Assembly: GCA_037447605.1 (NCBI GenBank) | Contig: CM074806.1 | Coordinates: 4,340,001 to 4,404,000 of the forward strand | Direction of reading: 5' to 3' | DNA from: Zygnema circumcarinatum SAG 698-1b | Lineage: Eukaryota; Plantae; Zygnematophyceae | DNA: 64,000 bases | In this document: positions 12,677 through 25,319 of the stretch, one piece after another | Layout: each line of letters begins with the position of its first letter | Position numbering within the stretch: the stretch's first letter is position 1 | Notes under the pieces: model-generated | Seen by the model: the letters and a program-made list of their open reading frames with translations, nothing else | Told to the model about the DNA's origin: nothing | Database searches by the model: none | Translations under genes and position numbers: made by a program

Positions 12677-15105
12677 CTACATGTCCACGCCTGGCGGTGC
12701 CGGATCCATGACACTGTTGAACGGAGCAACTGCTTCACCGTTCACACATGGAAACCGTCCAGGTTCCAAACGAACACCGTTCACCCCTGAAGGGTTTGCA
12801 AAACTCCCCGTATTGGTGACAGGTGTCAGCCCCACCTGCATCGATGTCGGCTGACTGAACTGAATTCCTTGCTGACCGGGCGGCATGGGCCCTCTCACAG
12901 GCCCTCCCATTGGAGGAGGATAGGGAGGGTGGGCCCCACCTCCCCGCCAAGTCTGTTGTGCAGGTCCTCTAGGAATTGGGTACTGATTGGGCCCATAGTT
13001 TGGGGGAGCTCCATGCATGGGTCCAGGAATATGTGGGGCGGGTTGGGGGCACCATGGGGCCGGTCCATAGGGTCCCCCCCCATGATGTTGTGGCGGGCTT
13101 TCAAAGTTCCCTGCCTGCATCATTGGGTTGGGTTCGAAATGCCCAATTGGCACGATCTGATTGGCTTCAAATGGACCCCCTCGCGGGAACTGGTTGGCAT
13201 GCCCACCCTGGAGAAATGCCTGATTTGGTTCAAAATGTCCACCTGACACCATCTGATTGGCTTCAAAATACCCTCCCCGCATTGGCTGGTTGGGTTCAAA
13301 ATTGTTTATTCCAGCTATGACTTGTTGCTGCTGAAGTGGCTGGGAATACTGGCTACATACAGGAGCCGCATTCCCGTGCATTGCCCCCCAGGGTTCAACA
13401 TAGCCGTAATTCATCCCTCCTTGATGGGCCGCCATAAGAGGAGCTCCACATGGAGGAGGAGGGTTTGCATATGAGGAGTGGGAGTATCCGGTTGGGGGGT
13501 GACAGACCCACCCTTGTGGCGGGGCCACATGTTGATGTTGTTGTGTCCCTATTTGCGTAGGAGGTGGAAGTGGTGGCCTTCCGGGCGGCATTGGAGGGCC
13601 AAAATGTCCTCTGTTCCCTCCTCCTCCTAGACTGTTAATCTGCATCTGAAACCCAGAAGGAGAATCGCTTCCCTGCCAGCTTCTTGGAAGACTACTACCA
13701 CCCTCCCAAGTATCGTGGGGTTTTACGGTTTTCAGATTGCCGACACGAGATGTCTCCTCACCTGGAGGTGCTTCATCTCTTCCTGCAGAAGGGCCCATTT
13801 CTGACCGTCTAGTATCTGTCCCAACCCCTATCTGTAATGCAGAATGCTGCTGAATGAAAGAGGGTGGCGCACTGTGAGATAAGGGAGGTCTTAGGGAAGC
13901 TGTTATAGGAGGTCGAGGCCCTATAGGGAGTGGAGGTAGAGGGGGAGGTGGGGGTGGAGGGTGAGGCGAGGGTGGGACTGAGGATGAGGGAGAGGGAGCT
14001 ACCACATGATTGGAAGGAGCTAAGCCCTCTGCCTGGCTACTAAAAGCTGCTTGAGGGAGCGGAGGGGCAATAGCTGTGACAGGAGATGTTGGTGCTGCCT
14101 CGACATTGCCGGAGTTGGAACGGTTTTCTGACGTTTCAGGAAACAATTGGGTCTCTGAAAGGGCTTTACAATCTTTAGGTTGCATTAGTTCCTTCGCTGT
14201 ATTGTCTACCAATATTGCAGCTTTAGGTGCCGACTCAACTATATCAGGCACACCTTCTGCGGAAAGGGGTACTTCCGTTCGAGCAGCTTCTTCCATCTCA
14301 TCAACTGCACCGTCTAACTTGATGTTAATGGTAGCTTCCTCAGACGGTGGGATTGGCGAGTCAGAAACTGAGTCCGGACCCACATAGGATGCATCCTTTC
14401 CTGCTTCTGAAGCCAATACATTCGCCTCCTCCTTCATTTCCTCAGTCCGAGAAGGTGAGGGTGATAAGGAGCTAACATCGCCTCTACTTTGAAAGGTTTC
14501 CACTGCAGACGATAAAATGACAGAATCGTTTTGTTCCCTTGATGCATTGGTAGCTAAGGAGGAAGTCTTTTCTCCTCCTTCAACTTCTCGCTGTCCACCA
14601 ATTGAAATGAGAGGCGATGACCCTTCAGCCCGAACTACAAAACATCCTTCCATCGAAGAAGATTGAAAATCACTTCGACTCGGAGTATGGACTGATAGGT
14701 TAATCGACTCCCCATCTCGCTCTCTCAGACTGCTGCTACAGTCGTATTGAATGAGAGAATCTCCACCATTCACCAACTCCTTTTTGCCTTCCAAATCTCC
14801 CTCTTCCCCACTTCCCTTTTCCTCTATTTTCCGCACAAGGATAGCACTCTGTTTTACAGCTTTCTCCTTCGCCGCTTCCTCACACACATCCTTGGAAAGT
14901 GAAATGACAGCTGGCGGCAATTCCCTCCCACTATGAACAATAGCCCTCCCTCTCCCTCTACCACTCTGTCCAGCAACCCTACTCCCACTCCTGCCCTGTA
15001 TCTGTGCTGTTGTACTCCTCAACGCTCCCTCAAACCTAACTGCAGGTGATGCTGCACCTTCGTCTCCGCCACTTCTTTGCCCTATCAAGCTCCCACCCTT
15101 TAGGG
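12677..15105 (-). CDS. ~810-codon low-complexity ORF (acidic Ser/Glu half, Pro/Gly/Gln-rich half); possible terminal exon of the INO80D-like gene
   Basis: 803-aa ORF in the track. A CAG acceptor at 15106-15108 puts it in frame (phase 1) with the INO80D-like exon ending at 15659. No recognisable folded domain. Confidence 0.6.
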
Positions 15106-15362
15106 CTGTTAGGGTTCAAAATCTGGAGGGCTCTCCTGCAGAGTTTTCAGGATATTCTGAGGTCCAAGATTTCTAGGGTGCAGGAAGTTTAGGGTTCCGG
15201 GGTTTGCGCATTTTCATAGTTTTCATCGTTCAAGCTTCGTGGGTTTTCAAAGCGAGGAGTGAGAGGTCTGATTGTTCAGAATAGTTAAGGATTAGACTTT
15301 CCGACGCTACTGTTATTTTAGGGCTCAGAGCCTTCCTTCGCTTCACAAGTCCCTTCCTCATT

Positions 15363-17468
15363 TTACATCAAACCTGCAGTACAGGCTCAGGCCAACAAGA
15401 TACAAATGAACAACAAATTGCACACCCTGAACGTAAAGAACAAGAATTTCTACATGACCAATTTATACTCCATCACAAGGAGACAAAAGTTGGACAAGCT
15501 ATGAAGGCACAAATTACCCTACAACTAATGGCAGCCATGGAACGGCAGTATGTGCCCTCAAAAATTCCGTACATCTGCATGATCGTGATCAGTACAAACA
15601 AACATATAAATAAAAAGACAGAAGGGAAAGAAATGACTAAAGCACGCTCCATTCTCACCTGAAACTTGAGTTCGTCCAGCTTGTTTTGCAGGTTGATGCC
15701 TTGGATTCTCTGCCAAAGTCGCTTTCCGCTTGTTCTTTCCTCCTTGTGTGTGCTCCGGTGCAATGACAGCTAGGTGACTATAGCCTCCTCCTCCACCGCT
15801 CAGGGAGGGAGAGCCATCCACTAAGGCTGCCTGAGCAGCTTCTGCCACTGCAAGAAGCTGCCTTTTCCTCTGAATAGCGCGCACATATTCGTTAATAATG
15901 AGATGAAGCTTAGGGCCTCCTTTAGAGAGGTAGCTCTTCCCTCGAGGCATCGTCACTGTGGATGACCTTCTAATGGCCCGCGTCGCCTGCTTCTGCGCAA
16001 TTTCCTGATGCTCCGGACAGAGGAGAGGGCTCACAGCACAGAGGATGGGTCGGCCGCAGTGAACATTGCCTCCTGAGCCACTGCGGAGCAACAGAGCGAG
16101 AAAAAGGGAGCAGTATGTTAGATCATGCAAAAGGCTGCACTTGCATATGAACTAACGTGTTTAAGAACTGTACAACAATTCTGCGGAGAGCTCGTATAGG
16201 CCCTTGCTCCGACAGTTAAAAGACATGCAGCTTTCCAAAGATTCAATTCAACGCCTGCAGCGTAGTAGCCTTCCCATCCTAGCTCCAAATCTACATGAAA
16301 CAGCTGTAGAAACTTAGGAAATCACAACCTATTCTATGGCGTTGTACCTTCGAATCACAAAAGCACATGGCTTGTAGAGACGTTGCCTCGGCTCCAGCAG
16401 AATATGGTCCAAACAAAAGACACTTAAAGGCAGCGGTTTTGCCAGACATGGTCCTGCAGCCGCACAGTGAAGCGTAGCGTTTGCCGGCTTATCGGGAGCG
16501 TGAGGCTCCTGCCGGCCATATCCGCGGAACCCCATTGAAGCTGCACTCACAGTGTCAGTTTCTGCAGCTTCTCTCCATCCTCCTCGGCCGGTACGGAGAT
16601 AAAACCTGCGGTGCTTAGATCGCATTTCTTCAACAAGGGCCCAGTACTGCGAGCGATACAACTTCACCAGTCTGCACTCAACACACTAAGCCAAGCACGG
16701 TACCAGGGTCAGCGAGGGTAAGTTTAACGCTGCGTGTTTTGAATGTTTTTGGCAACTTCATAAAGAAATCCCTTTTATCCCTCCATAGACATAGTAAGCA
16801 GGCTGTTTCACCTTTGCTCACCCTGCTCTGCAGATTAGAAGGGTTCGCTGTATTGCTTCAGATTTAGTATAAAAAATACCTTTTACGATGACAACTTGAA
16901 TTTTCTTTTTTTCCGAACAAAGGTGTATTTTACTTTCGCCCATCGCAACTTCATCCGACCTAACCCTGGTTCTCTAGTCTGCAAACCTCTGAAGCAGAAA
17001 ATTCTGAGCTTGAACATCAAACAATCCTTACTTGCGTATCCGCCGCATCCTCCGCTCTATCACTTCTTCCAGCGCGAGAATGGACGCCTGCATGAGCACG
17101 TCTTCTCCCGTTTCCTCATCAAGCCCCCACTCTCCCTCCTCCATATCCATGGCTTCCCTGAGCCATAAATCCTCCTCCTCTCTCCAGCTCCTGTTTCCCT
17201 CCGTGCCTTCACTCTCACTTCTCTCCAAGCTGCTCCCTGCAAATGCACCGCTGTTCCCTGCTTCCGATTCAGACCGTAGAAACTCCACCTTTTTGGGAAT
17301 GGAGGAGCTCTTCCGCACCTTTCTGCTTTCTCCTCCTGAACCAGAGACGGAAGCAGAGGCATTTGCTGTCTCAGAGCGCGCCACGTGGCGCAACGAGGGC
17401 TCACCAGTGGAGTGCATGGCTCCTCCTGAGGAAGCTGCTTTGACCTTTGAGAGGGAGCCGGAATCCAT
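15363..17468 (-). CDS. INO80 complex subunit D / KANSL2-like protein (zf-C3Hc3H type)
   Basis: Exons 17468-17032, 16671-16348, 16080-15659 have consistent phases. Peptides LVKLYRSQYWALVEEMRSKHRRFY, CAAAGPCLAKPLPLSVFCLDHILLEPRQRLYKPC, CGRPILCAVSPLLCPEHQE and PKLHLIINEYVRAIQRKR match plant INO80D-like proteins. The last exon is either 15373-15363 (GLM*) or 15105-12677. Confidence 0.8.
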
Positions 17469-17698
17469 AGCAGACCACCTTGCCTGCCTTCCCAGTGGTC
17501 TAACGGGAGCCTGCGGCAGCCATGGAGGTCGTCATGGAGGCAGCAGCAGAACAGCCATGGCGGAACCCTAAAATCTGCCAAGCCTTCGTCTTTGGAAGGA
17601 GCTTTCAAGCATGGAACGCAGATTCTGGAGCTATTCCGTTAAACTGTGGAAATCTGAAAAATTTGGCGCTACATGCGGTGAAGTACGGCCTTGTCAAA

Positions 17699-17715
17699 TG
17701 ACGTCACTGATGACG
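17699..17715. promoter_or_regulatory. as-1/ocs-like element (TGACG-N7-TGACG)
   Basis: TGACG TCACTGA TGACG lies between the divergent INO80D-like and CDPK genes, with the canonical 7-nt spacer. Confidence 0.5.
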
Positions 17716-18832
17716 TGTGAGTATGCAAACTAAAACTTTGGGACCCCTCCAGAAACCGGCAGTTTCTGGCACCGAAAATAAAAAAATATTGTACCCTTTT
17801 GGCCCTCCGGAAAGACAGTTTTCAGCCACTAGACTACTACCACGTGGACAATTTTATTTGAGCTCGATTCAATATTCCTATTTTTACTGGCTTCGGATTG
17901 GTCGACAAACCTTCCAAATCTTTTTTCGTCCCTCTGCCGAACCTTGCCGACCTGCCGAAAACCAGAAACCGCCAAAACTGCCGTCGCCGAAAAACTCACC
18001 ATCCGGGCAAATTCCCGCGCACAAATACAGAATTTCCATAGAACTAACCGTATATGCCACGTTTAAAATTTTGATTACGTGGCCGTTTTTCATTGGCTCT
18101 CTTGAATAACGGCCCTAAGAAACCCTAAAACCCTTCAAAAAAAAAACCTCTGCGGTTGAAGTGCGGCCCTTCGTGGGCAGATTTTTACTGCCGTCCGTAC
18201 ACACTTCCTGCACTGTGATTGGTCCACGTTTCCATTACAAATGCAGCCGTTTTCACTACAAAACGACAAGAGCCGGCGGCCGCGGTACGTCCAAAATTGC
18301 GTCAGGCACTCCTTCCGCGAAGCGTCAATACCGCTACGAGACAAAAAATGTTCTCATTAAATGGCGTCACTGCCGAATCAGCCGCAGATACATTCAGTCC
18401 CTCCTGGCCGTCGATCTTTAGGATGTCCTGACGTGGCCAAATCTCAGACGTCCAATGCTCATTGATTGTGGGGCCAGTTGAAAGCGCGGGGAAGGTTCGT
18501 GTCCGAACGGGTGGCGGAGGGCCGACGGCGCTGTTTGTCGGTGGGAGGGGGAGGGAGGGGGCTCAAGAGGGTGGGAGAGGGGACGGGGGGGATAGTGAGA
18601 GAGTGGAAGGAGAGTAGGAGAAGGAGAGAGAGAAAGCGGGAGAGAGAGATAGAGGGAGAAGTAGAGGACGAAGAGAGGGAGAAATAGTGGGAAGGGTAGC
18701 TCGGGCAAGGCCAAGGAAGAACGAAAGTGGGAGAGAAGAGATAGGGAGAGAACGAGAGTGAAGGAGATAGGGAGCGGAGAGGGATAGAGAGAGAGAGGCA
18801 GCAGAAGAGAGCGAGAGACAGAGCGAGGCAGC

Positions 18833-21800
18833 ATGGGTGCGTGCATGTCGGCGCCGAAGACGGCGGAAGAGAGCTCGGGCCATCATGGGTCGGTGGGGAG
18901 GAAGGAGAGCGGGAAGGCGACTTTCCCTCTCTTCAGCTCTGTGAAATCAGCAGCGAGTGAGTTTTTTAGGACTTGGGGCGTCTCGGTTTGCGCTTCAAAG
19001 AACAACCCACATTCTATTTTCAACGATCTTCACTTCAAAACTGCAGCATTTGGCATTTGGTTTCAGGGTTGAGGTTTTAAAGAAGTGGGTTTTTTTTTAA
19101 AAAATCGGCTTCTGGGGAGGCTTGTGATGATTGGGTTTAGGGTTTGGGTCTATGTACGGTGACGGATCTGAACCCTCGAAAGTAAAAAATTTATTAGTTT
19201 TAAAAGCAAGAATGTGACGGGAAGATGAGGTTATGCAGAAGTGCCGGAGGTCCCAAAAAGCATTCTCGAGCAGCCGCTGAAGAACGTGGAAGACGACTTT
19301 GAAATTGGTACGACTCCCTTTTGACTCCCTTTCCTCTGCTCTATTCAATTTAGTTACTTGTTGTTGACCTGTACACTATTGTTGATCCATTTATTCCCAC
19401 GCGTTCAACTTTCGGACTTTTAATGTTGTTCCGGACGGAGCTGATCACTTTGACCTTGTTTTGTTGGAAAGGCGTAAAGGCGTTGGTTGTTGTTCGCTTT
19501 TACTAGATTGTAGAAACAAGTTTGGGTACAGCCTGCAGCCTTATTCTCTCTCCCTTTTACTTAACTTTATGTTTGATCCTGGGTATGAATGTATGCAGGC
19601 AAGGAACTTGGACGTGGCTTATTTGGAGTTACTCGAGTCGCCACAGACCGCGTCACGGGGGAGAAGTTCGCGTGTAAAACCATCAATAAGGTGAGCTTTC
19701 TTCTTCTTCCCTCCTTTGTTGTTTTTCTTTCAAGTTTTTTGTTCTGTTTTGTGACTGTATCTTTTGTGTTGGCTGCGGGTTGTTAAGGTTGAGACTGTGA
19801 ATGGTGTGCTGAAACAGTGACTGAGACTGTGACTAGTGGGGTTATAACTGTGACTAAAACCGTAGTAACTGAAAGTGTTACTGGGGATTTGGCTACTGTG
19901 TTACTGTGACTGGGACCGGCACTAGGACTGGGACTGAAGGGGGAGATAGCATAGAAATGGAGGAGGAGGGGCGATGAATTGGATGAAGCTGCAGAGCATT
20001 GAAGGAGAGGGAGAGGATGTGGGAGGGCCTGCAGGTGCTTTCGGAGGGATCTTTGAACCCTGCTTTTGGGGGGAAAGGCAACAAGGTTGGTGGATGCAGA
20101 TTTCATACAGAGTACAGAAAGTACAGAGAGAGAGAGAGCAGAGAGATTAAGATATTACTGACTAAAACAGACTTTGAGTTTGGGTATGAGAGTGGTTAGA
20201 GCTTAGCAGGGATATAGAGACAGACTGAAGGCTGGAAAATGACTTGCAGCATGCGAGTCAGGACTGCTGTAGAAAACAGGGTGCACTTTTTTCTTTCATT
20301 CGTTTGTAAATTGCACGCTACAATTTGATTTGGAAATTGATGATTTTTTCTCATGTTTTGATGTTCTGATGTTCTTCATCGTCTTGTGCAGCACCGTGTG
20401 ACTGTAGCGAATTACAGCACTCTGAAAAAGGAGGCGGAAATTATGAAGCATCTGAGCAAGTCCCAACATGTGGCTGCTTTGAAAGCTACCTATGAAGATG
20501 AGAACTGCGTACATTTCGTGATGGAGCTGTGTACCGGCGGCATGCTTTATGACAGCATTACTGCCAAGGGCCAATACAGTGAAAAGCAGGCAGCAGAAAT
20601 GGTGCGCAACATTGTGGAAATAGTGCAGGAAGTTCACAGCATGGGGGTCATCCACCGCGATTTGAAGCTGGAAAACTTTCTGCTCTCTTCGCCCGACGAA
20701 AACTCGTCTCTCAAGATGATTGATTTTGGCCTGTCGACTTTTTTCAAACCTGGTCAACGCTTCTCGCAGATCGTGGGAAGCGCATACTATGTCGCTCCCG
20801 AGGTGAGAGAATCAATCTCCTTCAGAACCTTTCCAACGATTTTCTTGCATGTGTGATCGAATCCTTGGAACTTATACCTTGTTAATCCCTTGAAATCGAC
20901 TAAAAATGAGCATAGAAAACCCTAATTTGCAGGTGCTTCTGAAGAATTACGGCCCGGAATGCGATGTATGGAGTACGGGAGTGATACTGTACATGCTGCT
21001 CTGCGGGACTCCGCCCTTTTGGGATATTTCCGAGGCGGGAATCTGCGCCGCAGTTTTGAAGGGGAACTACGATCTTTCCAGCGACCCATGGCCGAGCATT
21101 TCGGATGAAGCCAAAGACCTTTTGAAGAAGATGTTGCAGCCGGACCCCCTTCGCAGAATAACGGCCAGCGAAATTCTTCGTAAGTCTCCTCTATTGCTGC
21201 TGCTGCTATCTCGTCTATCGTTTTGGCTGAACGAAAGTTTTGCAGATCTTTTGCTTTTCAGGCTGTTTTTCAGGTTTTTTTAGGGTTCAGCTTTGTTTTG
21301 TACGACTTTTTTATTTTCTTTTGTGTGTGATATTGGTTACTTTCAGAACACGAGTGGATTCGGAAGGATGGCTGCGCATCAGACGCTCCCATTCCCTGTC
21401 CCATATTGAAGCGAGTGAAGCAGTTCATGCTGATGAATCGCATGAAGAGGCAAGCGTTGGCGGTGAGATTGAACCCATCTCTGCTCACATTGTTGGTCGC
21501 TCAAACCTTCAGTGGATGCAGATTAGGGTTTGAGAGCTATCAGCCCTTTGCTAGATATAGATAGGCATTCGTTTGTCAAAAAAAAATCCTAACTCTTTGG
21601 CTTTTCCTGCCACTTTTCTGCACAGGTGATTGCCGAATATTGTCTCGAACCTGAGGAGTTGAAAGTGATCGAGGCAAAGTTTCAGAAGTTTGACACTAAT
21701 CAGGATGGTTATTTGACGTACGAGGAGCTAAAAACGGGGATTCAGGGCTTTCGGCCTGAGATTTCAGACGAGCAAATTCGAGGAATGTTTGATGCGGTAA

Positions 21801-22629
21801 GAGCAGCAGCGGGTTTTGCCGGTTGTTAGATTCTCTCTGTTTTACCTTTTTTGTTACATTCTTTTTTTTTTTGCCTTTCCTTGACCTGAAGATGGGATGT
21901 CTCTTCCCCTCGAATGCAGGCTGACATTGACAGCAGCGGAACTCTCGATTTGAGTGAATATGCGTCGGCTATTATGGTGAAGAGGATGGACCAGCAGAGA
22001 ATAAAGAAGGCCTTCGAGTACTTTGACAAGTGAGCATTCTTTTGTAATTTCTTCGTAGAATTTTAGAAAACTTATGACGTCTCGCTGGGTTCTAAGAAGA
22101 GACAGGTTTTGTGCTTTCATGAAGCTAATGTGAGTGCTTCTGAATCGCTTTTGCAGGGATGGGAGCGGGTACATCACTGCAGAGAATCTGCGTGATGTTT
22201 TGCAAGTGAATTCAGAAGGAGGGTCTGTGGAAGGCATTATTTCGGAAGTAGATACTAATAAGGTGAGATAAAACACAGTTTGAGTGCTGCATCTGCAACT
22301 TACTTCATTGATTCTTCGTCTGTTTCTCGTTTTCTGATGCTGTTTTATACTTACTTTAGCCGGAAGATTTCGATCTTTTGCAGGACGGCAAGATTGATTA
22401 TGCGGAGTTTGAGCAGATGATGAAGGAGGGCATGGACAAGAACATGGACGGCTTCTCATTCAAGGGCCCCATCTTGAGCAGACTGGAGGAGTTTTATAAC
22501 TGCGGACCTGCAGTCGAAGTCCCTGCGCTTAAACCCTCCTCTTCAGAAGAAGAAGCAGCAGCAGCCGCTGCTCTTGAATCATCATCCTCAAAACAACAAA
22601 AAGAAGCGCCTGCTGAAGAAGCCAAATGA
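18833..22629 (+). CDS. CPK: Calcium-dependent protein kinase (kinase, junction, 4 EF-hands), ~10 exons
   Basis: N-terminus MGACMS (G2 myristoylation, C4 palmitoylation). Kinase motifs [48 protein letters not shown]. Junction [20 protein letters not shown] loops [48 protein letters not shown]. Confidence 0.95.
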
Positions 22630-23249
22630 CCCTCCTGCTTGATGGGAGAGCAGAAATAATAAAAAATAGGCTATTCTTTTTTGTTTTTTTAGAAAGGCAT
22701 GCAGGACGAGGCTTCTGTGTGCTGCCGCGCTTGTACAGTAAACACATTTTTCAGGTTAAAACGAAAGGTAGTGAAGGTGCTGCAAAATGGAGCACGCCAG
22801 CCGCAGGTGAAGCAGAGAGAGGTGCTTTTGAAGGTCAGATTGGCGAGAACAACAACTTGTATGGAAACTTGGAAAACTTGTAAAATTGTACCCCATTTTT
22901 TTGTTACAATTTAATTCCTATGGGCATGAGCTTATCCATGGATGCTGTTGGCATTGGCAATGTTTTTAAGCAGTCTAGGAAGTTGTTGTCGAACTTTGTT
23001 GCAGCCACGTTTGGAGCACGAGTCTCATCTCTAGGAAAACGTTTTGTGAGACGAGCTCCAATGGGAGCATGCCACGTGGTCAACAGGCAAACTCACATGT
23101 AAAACTGAATCTGATACTGGAACGATGGACTCTGACCGAAACGACTGGGCGTTCCATGCTCTTTGGACGGTACTGAAACGGGACGGAACGGGGACATATA
23201 GCTGTCACGTGACGACTCTTGGATCCAAGGAGCTTGAACAGAAGCAGCC

Positions 23250-25319
23250 ATGGCGGAGGTCCTGCCCTGCTTTGCGGCAGCCATGGCGGGGCAGCCATGG
23301 GCGCTTCAAGCCCCTGGAAGTTTGGCATTTTCTTCCACGTGGAACTTTAATAGTGCTGCAAAAACAAGTGTTTTTTTTAGTAGAAAGAATCATCATGTAG
23401 GAGCTCGCGTATCCTCACAATCACTTGCAGGATTTGGAGTGCAGTCTTGGGGAGCTGGGTCAATTGATAGAAGGGGAGAGGATGGAGAACTGCCGGTTTG
23501 TTATGAAGGAGGTGAATTCTGGCTTGGTGCAAAAGAAAGGCGCTTTGGAGGAGTGATTGGAAGGAGCATGGGAGTTGGAAAGACTGTTTTGAAAGCAGCT
23601 TCTGCTTCTGCTTCGACTGAAGCGCCTGCTGAAAGAGCTGCAGATGTTGTGCTGAAATTCTACAAAGCAATCAATGAGAGAGACATAGAACGAGCGCTCA
23701 CTTTTATTGATGACGATTGCCTGTATGAAGATATGATATACACTAAACCTTTTGTTGGCAAAAAGGTGAGTCCTCGAGTAGGAATCTTTAATATTCATAT
23801 GTCCATAGTAGACGAACAATGGTAAGAACCTGACGTGTTTGGAACCTGAATGTTGTTTCCTGGTGCTAAGAAGTGTGTTGTCTGCCTCATAACGGTAAAG
23901 GAGTTTGGTTCTATTTTAAAAAAAATAATCATGCAGGCTGTAAAAGAGCACTTTCAAAGTGTTCTGGAAATTTTTCCAGAGGGAATGAACTTTGTTGTAG
24001 ACAACATCACCGACGGAGACGCGATGGGGCTCGGGATGACATGGCATGTCGGTGAGGACGTGAAGCCTTCAGAAATGGCATCTCTCTTTCTCTCACCCGC
24101 TCTCTGTCTCCACCCCTCCTCTCTCCCCGCGTCGTTCCTCTAGTTCATTCTTCATTTCGTTTCTACTTTTAGTCATTGCATGTACTAATCCGTAACAAAG
24201 GTGTGAGGCATTGACAAGTCCTTACCCTGACAGCTTCGAGTGAACTGGCGGAAGCTTGTTGAGAGAGAAGAGAAGAATAGTGATTTAAGTGAGTGGAAGA
24301 GAAGGCAGAGAACAGTATTCAAGGAGAGGGTTGACTTCTCGTCTGCGAGACTTTGAACGACAAATATCTGTTTAGCTCTGTGTTCAAATGCTCTCTAAAT
24401 GCTCTCCAGTGCTCTCCAATGCTCTGTTTAAGCTTCTGAATCTTAATGACCGGACAACTCTCAACACTGATGTAATGTGACAGCAAAAGAAACTTACTGA
24501 AGGCTGTTGTGAATGGCAGAGCTTGAGGGAAAGCCCTTTCCTTTTAGCCGAGGCTGCAGCTTCTATCGCTGTGGGGTGAAAGAGGGCTGCCTACGCATAG
24601 TGTAAGTTCGAAGGGTTATCAGAGCTACAAGAAGTTGTCATAATTGATTTGTCGTATCTACCAATTTTATGGAATTCAGCCTATCAATTTCCTGTGTCCA
24701 TTCAGTACCAGAGTGTATACATCGAAAACGTTTAATGAACTTCGAAAATCTAAGATGTTAAAGACCTGGCAAGCTTCAAGACTTGCTAGTCGTTGGCTCA
24801 CTTTCGTTAAAGTTTTACCTCAGTTTCTGACTGTGTCAATCAAGTGAAACACCCCATTGGGTTTTTCTTAAGTAAAGCGTTAAGGTCCGTAAGTATGTAA
24901 GGCACTCTTTGTGCCCAGCTTTTACAGAACAGAAAGTTCGTCACGCATGTGACCTTGTTTCTGCCTTCTATAGACGAACTTGCCTCTTAACACCTTTCTG
25001 TTCCATTCTATGGAAGGCTTGACAGATATGCCCGCGATATACCTGAGCCTGCTTCCAAGCCAGGAGCATCTGCTTTGGTGAGATCAATTTGCTTGTTTTT
25101 CCTGCAGACCGAGTTCCACCTTTGTACTATGGAAGCTTCCTTTGTTGCATGACTTTTCTAAAACCCTAAAAACCTTAAAAGCACATTGATCCGTTTAATC
25201 ACCTAGTGCTTCTCCCATATGGTTTTGTTCTGTCGTTTTGTAATATCTCGCAGATTATCCTGAAGTATGTGGCACGGCTTTTTAAACAATTCCCGCAACT
25301 TCTCGATCGAATGCAGTGA
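23250..25319 (+). CDS. NTF2/SnoaL-like family protein with probable N-terminal organellar transit peptide
   Basis: Exons ~23250-23764, ~23936-24051, ~24520-24601, ~25024-25076, 25254-25319. Peptides VVLKFYKAINERD, CLYEDMIYTKPFVGK, GMTWHVELEGKPFPFSRGCSFY, YARDIPEPASKPG and LFKQFPQLLDRMQ* are typical of plant NTF2-like (At1g71480-like) proteins. Confidence 0.88.

Noticed and set aside
17740-18130. Possible small DNA transposon (CCAGAAACCG repeats, short palindrome)
   Set aside because: I could not define terminal inverted repeats or a TSD.
19795-19935. GTGACT/GGGACT hexamer-like repeats in a CDPK intron
   Set aside because: Short degenerate simple repeat with no higher-order structure or coding support.
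25108-25152. Alternative last exon for the NTF2-like gene (TEFHLCTMEASFVA*)
   Set aside because: The exon at 25254-25319 gives the family-typical KQFPQL ending; this one has no homology support.
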